A stretch of DNA of 64,000 bases from Podarcis gaigeae. Its lineage: Eukaryota. The notes below the pieces were generated by a model. It made no database searches, was not told the DNA's origin, and saw only the letters and a program-made list of their open reading frames with translations. The stretch lies in NCBI GenBank assembly GCA_964106915.2, contig OZ066923.1. One strand, 5' to 3'. Each line of letters starts with the position of its first letter. The first letter of the stretch is position 1. Position numbers and translations under genes: made by a program. This document shows, in pieces, positions 40,101-52,100 of the stretch.

Positions 40101-43100
40101 AGTACATATTGTCCAACCTCCCATGTTTATCTCTATAACTGCTTTCTTTTGCCTGTCCAGGGACACAAACCCCAGGATCAGTGACATTCTACAGAAGTTA
40201 GCTCCTTTCCTCAAAATGTATGGGGAGTATGTGAAGAATTTTGACAACGCAATGGAATTGGTGAAAACGTGGACTGAGCGATCACCTGTCTTCAAATGTA
40301 TTATTCAAGAAATTCAGGTAGTGTGCGCGCGTTTGTATGTGTGACATGATAAATTTATTGGCAGTCAAGATTGTGACTGCGGCACTTCTGTTTCATTGCT
40401 TGATAATAGTGTATTGGGTGAACAAAATGGGTGCTTTGAGGCCACATGGAGTTCCAGATGTGAGAGGCTTGCACTCTTACCCTTTTATTTATGTGAGTTA
40501 TCCATGCATGTAATGGTGAACTTACGTACCCGAGTGGGAGCAACCTGTCAGTGGATAATGAGCATGTGCTTACCTGTGTGATATTCCATGTGCGAATTGG
40601 AACCCACCCCAGGCTTCTTTAAGGAAATAGTATTACGCACTGTTTGGTTTACTCTGCTTGTCTCTTATACCTACATGGTGTACCAAATAAGTATTTATAT
40701 TGGAATACTTATCATGTATTTGTCGTATACAACTTCTTAGTTGTATATGAAGTTGAGAGGAGGGAGAAGGAGCGTACCTTTGGCTTGTGTCTGTGTGTGC
40801 TGATGGAGGTGTCTGAAATTCAGTACATATCTATTCAGCATTTTATCCTTTGAACTTTAGGAAACAAATGGGGAAGGTCAGAAAGCTTTTTACATTTGTC
40901 CGGTAAATGACTGACTTTCATTTTTCTGGTTAAAAGAGGACATTCACTATGCCTTGCTCGTAAAACAATCTGAAATAACGCCAACAAGTGTAACCTTATG
41001 GTCAGTTTTCAACCCATTCACTCTTATTTCTGTAACGTTCATCTTAACACCAACATATAATCACAGTTTTTCTTGAGTGGCCTTGCTATCTGAAGAATGG
41101 CTTCATGTTCCTGTAATCAAAGTGCAATTATCTGAAATTCTTCCATGGGTCAGCTAATGTCTCAGCAACAGCTCTCTGTTGAAGAATATTTTGCAGTTGT
41201 TTGATTTGAATCTAGCCCCTCACCCCCACCCCATGGCAAAGACAGTCAGGTTTGAGGTAGTAAGCTATCCTGGGGCAGCACAATGCAAGTTTGTACACAC
41301 ACACACACACACACACGGATGGACGGACTTCAGAAAGCATAGTACAGTGGTGCCTCGCAAGACAAAATTAATTCTTTCCGCAAGTCTTTTCATCTTGCGA
41401 GTTTTTCGTCTTGCGAAGCACGGTTTCCCATAGGAATGCATTTAAAATCAATTAATGCGTTCCTATGGAAACCGCCTTCAGACCAGGTCCGGGGACAGTC
41501 TGTCCCCCGACCTCTTCTGAAGGCCGGCGGGGGGCGAAAGTCTTTGCTCCCCCCCGCCTGCCTTCAAAAGCCATCCGGGATAGCGGGAAGCGCTTCCCTG
41601 CTATCCCGGACTGCTTTTAAAATGCTGGCGGTGGGGAGCAAAGCCTTTTGGCCCCCGCTGGCCTTCCTGGACCTCTTCTGAAGGCCGGAGGGGGGGGGAA
41701 GGCTTTGCTCCCCACCGCTAGCATTTAAAAGAGGTCCCCGGAGATTTCCCTATGGGCTTTCTTCTTGCGAAGTAAGCCCATAGGGAAATTCGTTTTGCGA
41801 AGCGCCTCCAAAATGGAAAACCCTTTCGTCTAGCGGGTTTTTCGTCTTGCGAGGCGTTCGTCTTGCGGGGCACCACTGTATTCTTTTTCTCGAAGAACGA
41901 TAAAATTATATCTCACTTCCCTCAGCCCATCATACACATGGAGCTGGGAGTGGTGTGAAGGAGAAGAAAACCTGGAATCTCTGTTACACAAGCAAGATGC
42001 TTCAATTGCATATCACCCAATGTTTGAATTCTGTTATCAAAACAATATTTTAAAACTAGGTTTATATGACTACGTTTTCTTTTGATATTCCTTTGGGTTT
42101 AGAATAAATAACAAAGAGTGGGAAGTATAAAGTCTGTTTACAGATAGTATAAAGGGTTTAAGTTATTTAATGAAAGCAACACATTTAGCTGAGGATTTCA
42201 TTTAATAATCACCTTTCTGAATTATTAAATAAAATCCCTGGATGAAATGTATTGCTTTCATTTGCCAACATCACTAAGAGTGTGTTACTGAAATAAAGTA
42301 TTTTTAATGGATGCAGAGTGCAAGAGATGCATTTCTGGACCCTCCGTTTCAATACATGTATGTTGTCTTTTTAGAAGCAGAAAGTCTGTGGAAATCTCAC
42401 CTTGCAACATCACATGCTAGAACCAGTGCAGCGCATTCCAAGATACGAGATGCTTCTGAAGGACTATCTAAGAAAATTGCCTCAAGACTCTCTAGACTGG
42501 AAGGATGCTGAAAGTAAATACATTTGTGTGGGTTATATATTCAGCATCACATAGTAAATCTGTAAAGGGGGGGAGGATGGACCATTAATATTTCAAAACT
42601 GTCCCAGGAAAAGGAAACAAAGAACAGCACTTCACAAGAAGCAATTTGTTTAAATACTCTATTATTATTTATTTATTTACTAAATTTATTACTAAATTTA
42701 TTATATCCCCTTTGTTGAAACTTTCTGGACAAATGAAAATATGCTGTGTTTTCAGAATTTCCTTTCTGAAAAGGAGTGCAGATTCTGAACACACAAACAA
42801 CAAAATTCAAAGCTGATTAGCAAGAGATTTGGGACAGACAAAAGGAATCAATCCTTGACGCAGCACATAATTAATCTGTAGAATTTGGTGCCACAAGATG
42901 CGGTGGTGGCCTCTAGTTTAGAGGGCTTAAAATGAGATTAGGAAAATTGATGGAGTGCAAATCTCTCCCTGGCTACTAGTCTTCATGGCACCAGCTTCAG
43001 AGATAGCATGCCACTCCATAGCCTTTACTGGGGAATGGCAACAGGAGAGGGTTGGCTTCCTAAAGGAATCTGGTTCTTTACTGTAGAACAGCGGTAGCCA

Positions 43101-46100
43101 AACTTGGCCCTCCAGCTGTTTTGGGACTACAGTTCCCATCATCCCTGACCACTGGTCCTGTTAGTTAGGGATGATGGGAGTTGTAGTCCAACAACAGCTG
43201 GAGGGCCAAGTTTGGCCACCACTGCTGTAGAAAATAGGATGTTGAAGTAGATCAAGGGTCCCTGATCTGTTTGGGCCTAGGGGCACATTTGGAAATGCAA
43301 TAAATGGAAAATACACATTTAATAGAAGGAAAGCTAGAGGTGCTCAGGACCCCACCATCACTACGCAAGCAATGGGGGCGGGGGGGGGGGAATACATACA
43401 TCTTAAGCAAAGAAGGTCAGGCAATGCCTTTTACCGAGTTCTCAAGATTTCTTAGGGACGCGGGTGGCGCTGTGGGTTAAACCACAGAGCCTAGGACTTG
43501 CTGGTCAGAAGGTCAGCGGTTCGAATCCCCGCGACGGGGTGAGCTCCCATTGCTCAGTCCCTGCTCCTGCCAACCTAGCAGTTTGAAAGCACATCAAAGT
43601 GCAAGTAGATAAATAGGTTCCGCTCCGGCAGGAAGGTAAACGGCGTTTCCGTGCGCTGCTCTGGTTCGCCAGAAGCGGCTTAGTCATGCTGGCCACATGA
43701 CCCGGAAGCTGTCTGTGGACAAACGCCGGCTCCCTCGGCCTATAGAGTGAGATGAGCGCACAACCCCAGAGTCGGACACGACTGGACCTAATGGTCAGGG
43801 GTCCCTTTACCTTTACCTTTAGAGATTTCTTTGGTTGTTGGAAGATGAGCAAATTCTCATAAGGATTTTGTTTTGAGGTGGCTAGAGGGGCAGATAGCAA
43901 TTTGAACTGATTGTTAATTTGTAGTTTCTAGTCCTAAAGCACTGTTCCACCCAGAACTTATTTCATATGCTTCATTCTAACAAAAGATATATTACCAAAC
44001 CTGTGTCTGTTTTATAGCTAGGGACTAAGGCACCTATATCAACTTCACAAAGTCTCTTTTTTTTTACTTCTCCAAGTTTTGACGTTATCTACTTTAAGTT
44101 CACATAAGTCTAAGGAAACTTATTGGACTGAGGGCACAATCCTATACATGTCTACTCATAAGTAAGTCTCATTGAGTTCTGTGGGACTTGCTCCCAGTAA
44201 GTATGTAAAGTATTACAGCCTGAATCTTATAATTCACTATAATTTGTTGGCAATAAAAAAGTGAAACATGCAAGTTAGCATTTGAAGCCGCTGTTTATGT
44301 ATTGTAGTACTAGTAATTAACCTTTGGGGGGGGGTCATTTTCTCTTATAGAATCCTTGGAAATAATATCTACAGCAGCAAGTCATTCTAATAGCGCCATC
44401 CGAAAAATGGTGAGTGACTTCTGTGAGATTTTTTCCTTTGCATAATCCACGTCAGGAGATAAAACAGGCAATTTGGCAGGTGTCTAAGTAGGAAATATTG
44501 CAATTAAGCCTTTTATATTAGCTTTTTCCAAATTCTCATGCAGTAATTTTAAGGTAACTTAAATGAAAGGTAGGGCTGTCACATGCTTGGAAAAAACCCT
44601 TATTCAATTATATGTATTAGATTCTGATTAAATCTGTATGAATAAATGCAGTTTTGGGGAAAGTACACTCCTCACCTTAAAGCAAGGAATGTGTATGTTT
44701 CACAGCAGGTATTATATCATAAGATGTAATTTACAATGGGGGATACTTCTAAGATGACAGTAGCTTTTAAGGGCTTACCTTAGAATATTTTTAAAAGCAC
44801 TGCCAATTAATTGGAGTCATTAGTCATTAGTCATTAGTTTTTAAAAATGCATTGTTCTAATAAATTAGTGGCTAAATATTGCAGCTCTGTTATCAAGCGA
44901 TTCAAGTGTTTTACTGCATGAAGCTTGTTACATTTAACTCCCACCTTTCATCCAAGGAGCTCAGAGCAGCATACATGGTCCTCCCCTTCCCATTTTATCC
45001 TCACAATATCCCTATGAGATAAGTTAGACCAGGGCTCAGCAAACTTTTTCAGCAGGGGGCCAGTCCACTGTCCCTCAGACCTTGTGGGGGGCCAGACTAT
45101 ATTTTGAAAAATAAAATAAAAAATGAACAAATTCCTATGCCCCACAAATTACCAAGAGATGAATTTTAAATAAAAGGACACATTCTACTCATGTAAAAAC
45201 ACGCTGATTCCTGGACCATCCACGGGCCAGATTGAGAAGGCGATTGGGCTGGATCCGGCCCCCAGGCCTTAGTTTGCCTACCCATGAGTTAGACTGAGAA
45301 AAAATGATTGATTGAAGGTCATTGAGCTTGTATGGCTGAGTTGGTGAATTTGAACCTAGATTCCCAGCCCATCTTAGCTGGATGCTCCTATCACTACACC
45401 ACGCTTGCTCCCAAGTTCCTTTTTTTCCATTCATTGAATATAGTGTCTTTTGAGGATGTTTATTGATGGGATTTTTCTCTTAGCAAGCATATATGTACAA
45501 ATATTTTATTGGGAAAGTCATTTTGTTGCAAGAGATGTTCATAATTGCAAGCCGTTTCCTAATTTTTATTGTAGCAATGCCACCAATCATTTTCATAGAG
45601 GACAGTTCTTGCTAAAACAGTTGCATGTTTTTGTTCTTAACGATTTAACCTTTCTCATTAAAAAAATTCACAAGTGGCGTGCACTAACGGTTGTCGCATT
45701 TTGTTTTGATGGAAAAGGAAAACTTAAAGAAGTTGTTGGAGGTTTATGAGATGTTAGGAGAAGAAGAAGACATTGTCAATCCTTCAAATGAACTCATAAA
45801 AGAAGGACAAATACTTAAACTTGCTGCTCGTAATACATCTGCCCAAGAAAGATACCTTTTCTTAGTGAGTATTTCTTTCTTACACCCCACTTAATTTTAG
45901 CCTGTGCATAACATTTCTAAATCTGATCTTTTGGTGTATCTTCTATTTTGTTGGTATGGTACATACATTATACTGGCTCTCTGAAAAAAAATATGCTTGC
46001 AAACTAGCATGCCTTCATCCTGTACAAATTTCCTCCTCATATCCCTTTATTTGTCTTAACCATTGTTTAGTGTTGCATCTGAGTTAATGTTAATGAGGTT

Positions 46101-49100
46101 CCCTCTTAACCACTTCTAGCAAACTTCAAAACTATGAGTAAGCATAACAATGGCTTGTGTTGGTGCAATTGTAGCATTAAACCATTATTAAGTCTGAAAA
46201 CACAAGGATTGAATTCTTTTTGTGAAAGGAGTCTCCCAATTTGCAGACTGGATTGATGGGAGTATTTCTGCTGCCTCAGTGAATTTGGCTGAGGAAGCAC
46301 AATACATTTATTATTTTTTACCTTGCTGGTGAAGCTCAAGCATCTTTTGTTACTGCTAGCAACACTTTTCCACCCATTAAATGGGCAGGTTTTTTCCTCT
46401 CCCTTGTAAACGGGGAGATGCATTTTTACATTTTTTTTCTGGTCCCCTCCTCCTCCCAGTGGGCATATTTATTAATTCCGCTCAAGCAGGTATGAAGGAT
46501 ATGCATGTTTAAAGCCTGCATGAGGGAAAAACTTCACTTATACTCCATTTAAGCTTTAGATGACACAGATGTGGATTAAACCATCAAAGTGATCCTGGAG
46601 AATCCTTATGTATACTTAATCTGCCCTCAGCCTAATCCATAATGACTCCTTCCTTGCAAGCCATTTTATAGTATACTCAGGAGATAAAAAGAGAGAGCTT
46701 CAAGTCAGTGTAACTGAATCCCAGGCCCCTTACATACACCAACCTACTAAAATAATTTATCTATGAAATGTCCTTTCAGTGAGCTTCTGGTTTGTTTGAT
46801 CATTAATAACTGAATATGTTAATAGTTTTAATTCCAGCAAGCAAGCATAATTCTGAGGCCTGTTTTATATCTTAATCCATGCAACATGAAGAAAATCTGA
46901 AATGTGAGGAATAGCCCTCTCTTTCCCCCCAGTGTCAATGTAGTTGTCAAAAAGTCATCCGTTTTGGGAAGTTCAAGTCGGCGCAGAATATTACCCTCTA
47001 TTAAAATACATGTCAGCTACTTAATAAACTAGTGCTTGCAACTTGCATTCATTGCAGCATTGGTTTTAAGAAGCATGTGGAACGGTAGGGTGCAAATAAT
47101 TTGGCTTTTCTTTTGAATCCTTGGAAGTAGTTAGATTTCATTACCAGTGGTTTCAACAATACATATGAAGGTTGCATTTATAACTATAGATGGGCTAGCC
47201 TTCTAAAAATTAAGTTGGCAATTCAATAAGCCTGTTGCGAAGTGCTGCATACAACAATTTAACCCTAGAATGTTTTGCCATGCTGGAAACATATGTTATC
47301 ATGTTTGCTTTATTTATTTTTCTTGCTACCCAGCTGCTTCCTGCCTTAACTGCTGCTACAGTGGTGCCCCGCAAGACAAACGCCTCGCAAGACGGAAAAC
47401 CCGCTAGACGAAAGGGTTTTCCGTTTTGGAGGCGCTTCGCAAAACGAATTTTTTATGGGCTTGCTTCGCAAGACGAAAATGTCTTGCGAGTTCCTTCGGG
47501 TTTTTTCCCCTTTTCCTAAGCCGCTTATCAGCTGATCCGCTGATAAGCCGCTTAACAGCTGATCGCTAAAAGCCGCTAAACCACTAATAGCGCTAATCCG
47601 CTAAGCTGTCAATGGGCTTGCTTCGCAAGACGAAAAAACCGCTAGACGAAGAGCCTCACGGAACGAATTAATTTCGTCTTGCGAGGCACCACTGTACTAC
47701 TGTGTTCTCTTGCTCTGGTGGGGCAATTGCTGCCATGTTGTGAAACATGAATGTGTGCAAATGCATTGCTCATAAACACAGCTGACTGGATAAATTGCTG
47801 TGCATAGCAGGGAGTTGTGGCATTTTGTAGAACAGAGACAGCCAGCAAGAGCAGCAATAATGGCGGCAGCAGCAGCAGCAAACGCCATCTTGTTCTGCCT
47901 TTTGCTTTAGGAAGCCACCTACACTTACCCAGCTGTACAATAGCTCTTCCAAACACTTTTGCCCACTGCTGATTGATGCTGAGAGCTTAATAACAACTTA
48001 AAAACACAGTTCCAAACAATGAAGATCTTAAATTAATAGATGGAACAGTGATCAACCAAGTGTGCATTTGGCTGTCCTTAATAGGTCAAGGAACGTGGGT
48101 GGCGCTGTGGGTTAAACCACAGAACCTAGGACTTGCCGATCAGAAGGTCGGTGGTTCGAATCCCCGTGACAGGGTGAGCTCCCGTTGCTCCCTGCTCCTG
48201 CCAACCTAACAGTTCGAAAGCACGTTAAAGTGCAAGTAGATAAATAGGTACCGCACCGGCGGGAAGGCAAATGGCGTTTCCGTGTGCTGCTCTGGTTTGC
48301 CAGAAGCGGCTTAGTCATGCTGGCCACATGACCCGGAAGCTGTACGCCGGCTCCCTCAGCCAATGAAGCAAGATGAGCACCGCAACCCCAGAGTCGGCCA
48401 CAACTGGACCTAATGGTCAGGGGTCCCTTTACCTTTAATAGGTCAAAGTTATTGAGTGGCAGGCTTCTTTCTGCAATAAATACACATGGGTACCTCATCT
48501 ATTTTGCACATTCCTCATGCCTTCCTTCGGGGTTGCCCATCTGTGTGAATGTGTGTTTACCTTCATTCTTGAGTGCTGACTACATGCTTCAAGCAAATCT
48601 CTGCCTTAGAGCCTCAGGACATTTTGTTCCACCAGTGAAGCAGCTTTCGGAGGGAGTGACTTGAGAGCAGAGAAGTGTGGGGAGAGCACAACACTTTCTG
48701 AACTCCAAATTAGCTTCCTACCCCCACATCTCTCCTCTCCACATCCCCAATTTTAAATGTAAGCAGTTTTTGAAATGCAAAATACATAGCAGAAGGTGGC
48801 AGCTATAATATGAGTGTTTGATGTAATTTGTAAACAGTTCCTCTTATTTAGTACATTGGAAAATTTAGCATTTCTTTCCAAAAGCATATTGAACGTTGTG
48901 CTTACTGTGTGGAATATGGTTGGGTGAACACTGTGAGATGTTTGACGTTATTATTGATAACTTGACTGAACTCCTCTATACCACACTTCTGAAAATTCCT
49001 TTTTTGTTGTTTATGCTGTTTAAGCTTCTCTACCTTTTTCAAGCCTTTTACGCAAGAGAGGTTTGTCTTTGTGGCAGCTAACATCGGTTGGTGTGGCTTG

Positions 49101-52100
49101 TGCTTTTTGCAGTTCAACAACAGATTGCTATACTGTGTCCCCAAATTCAGCTTGGTGGGATCTAAGTTCACAGTTCGGACAAGAGTTGGCATTGATGGTA
49201 TGAAAATCGTGGAAACGCACAATGAAGAATACCCACACACATTCCAAGTCTCTGGGAAAGAGCGAACTTTGGAATTGCAGGCCAGGTAAAGCAAGATGAA
49301 AATTTGAGGTTATTATAGTGGTACTTAATCTTTGGCGATCACTCGTAGCAAAGTAAGATTGTCTTCCATAAACATGGTTTTAAGAATGAGTCCGTAAGTG
49401 ACTGTGGAGGCCAACTCTGGATCCACACGTCCTTCCACAGTGGGGACATTGGTTTCTGGGCGGGAGTTGATCATGGTGTGGATTTGCCAAGTGTGCCTTC
49501 CTCTTAGCACGTTTCTCCCTTTTGTCCTGAGTTTGAGTGTCTTCAAAGCCCATAACACCTTTGGTAAAGGCTGTTCTCCAACTGGAGCGCTCACAGGCCA
49601 GTGTTTCCCAGTTGTCAGTGTTTATGCTACATTTTACTTAATAGATACATGTTAAAGTGGTAGGGCCCTGGTGGAAAGGTATTTACAACTTGGGCTACAA
49701 TCGTTTTGCACCTGGAATGCATGGTTTTTCTTCCAACTCCTCGGTCAACCATCTCCTTAACCTTGGTGAACCATAGGCTGAGAGGAAGATGCAATTTTAT
49801 TAAGCTGCCTCCAGGGTAGTAGTTCTGATTATGCTTGCGTACTAGCTGAAGCACCTAAGGGAAGGCAAAACGACCCCTCTCAGGTCACTGTCCAATCTAT
49901 GGGGTGATGATAATCTCTGATGTCTCCAGTGCTGAGAATATCAAAGGGCATCTAGGATATTTTCACTTTGGGAGATAGAAAAGCAGCTGTGAGAAAATGT
50001 TCTCTTGTAGACTGACGGAAATATTGAACCAAGCCATACTCAGAGTAGACCCATTAAGGGTCCATCCCATTGCATATCTCTTCCAGTTTTTAGAGGCGCT
50101 TGAACGAAAATGTGATATTCTGTTCATCACATTAGCCTAGCCAGCTTTCCCTCCCTCCACATTCAGTATATTAATAAGTGATAATATTAATCTTTCCCAT
50201 CCCATAAAATGTGCATTAGCTCTGATGCAAAGCTTAGCTTGCCCAGAGGATTTTCTTTACCAGAAAAGCCTGTGTGCATGCTTTCTGATTGCCACTAGAA
50301 TGCACAATTATGTTGGCGGTCAGTAAGGTTCACTTCATTATAGAACGTTGCTTCCTGTTTCGCTCATGATGCAGATACTTCCTTTATTGTTCATTTAGTG
50401 TTTGGTAAGATCAGCCGCATTTTTTCAGGCAGATGGGAGAAGGTGAACAGTAAATCAGTATTGTGGGTCTCAAAAGAAGCAGTAAAAGCTCCACCTCTTA
50501 GATTTTCCCAACTTGCTGCATTTTACAAGGCTTAAAACAATATAATACAATGGTACCTTGAGTTACAAATGCCTCAGGTTACAAACGCTTCAGGTTGCAA
50601 ACTCTGCTAACCTGGAAGAGTTACCTCAAGTTGAGAACTTTGCCCCAGGATGAGAACAGAAATCGTGTGCCAGTGGCGCAGCGGCAGCAAGAGGCCCCAT
50701 TAAGGAAAGCATGCCTCTAGTTAAGAACAGTTTCAGGTTAAGAACGGACCTCAGGAATGAATTAAGTTCATAACTAGAGGTACCACTGTACAAGAAGAAA
50801 AACTGCAAAGACTGTGTTGCAGATGTTCTTCATAAACAGGTGTTTTGACCTGCTCTACTATTACCCTATCTATATGAACAGAAAAAGTGGAAGCAGGCTT
50901 CACACTCCCCTGCCTTTCTCCATCTTAAGGTAAAGGTAAAGGGACCCCTGACCATTAGGTCCAGTCGTGGCCGACTTTGGCGTTGCGGCACTCATCTCGC
51001 TTTACTGGCCGAGGGAGCTTCCGGGTCATGTGGCCAGCGTGACTAAGCCGCTACTGGTGAACCAGAGCAGTGCACGGAAACGCCGTTTACCTTCCTGCCG
51101 GAGCAGTACCTATTTATCTACTTGCACTTTGACGTGCTTTCGAACTGCTAAGTTGGCAGGAGCAGGGACCGAGCAACGGGAGCTCACCCTGTCGCGGGGA
51201 TTCAAACCGCCGACCTTCTGATCGGCAAGTCCTAGGCTCTGCTTTAACCCACAGCACCACCCGCGTCCCTTATCCATCTTACTTTGCTTTAAATCAGACA
51301 GGAAATACCCATGATTATAAGAGTGCAAGATCTCTCCTAATGCTGGAATTTGAAACCACTGGAGCAATAATTTTCAAATTGTGCAAGGGCGCATTAGAAT
51401 GCCCCAAAATAACTGCTAGTGCATCACGAGAGATTTAAGTAAGTAGAAGGAATTGCATGACTCCAGTCTCCCCAAAGATACAGAGGAGTAGGGAAATAAG
51501 CTTCTGAGCTTCTTCCCTGGTGATGATTTTAACGGCAATTTTAATATGGGGGGGGGGAGCCACCCTCTGTTGCTTGTTAGAACTCTCTATTCCTATACAT
51601 CTTGTACACCTAGTGTGCACACTTTTGTGTTTAGATGTTATTTTCTTTATTAAGTAAGTTTATGTAGCTGCCCCATGACATCAGTTCTTTGGGTGGCTCA
51701 CAAAACTATTTTTAGATAGACTTCAAATTGGGCAGTAAAATATTTGTGTGGAGTCACAGATATGATTTATTTGCGAATGTTTTCCTCTTTACTTTTTGGA
51801 GGGTGAAGGGAAGGAAATTATGAAAGATGGGAGAAATCCACCTCTAATTATAATTGAATGATTTGTGATTGTTGGAAAGAGTTTCTGTTTGTGTGTTCTA
51901 TACATACATTACGACTGGATGCAATCATTTGACATTTCCTTACCACTATGTATTGTGGGATGGCGGGAGAGACAGGAGGCTACTGCTAAGAATGCCATCG
52001 TGATTCATAATTAAAATTTAATTTGAAATAATCCTGTGCAGCGTTTGAATACAGGATGCCAAACTTTTCTTTTAATGGGGCATTTTCAGTACAGTATTCT

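Noticed and set aside
47518-47606. Short repeats with variable spacers, superficially CRISPR-like
   Set aside because: Eukaryotic intron; the repeats are about 8 bp, irregular and inside a MITE, with no cas genes.
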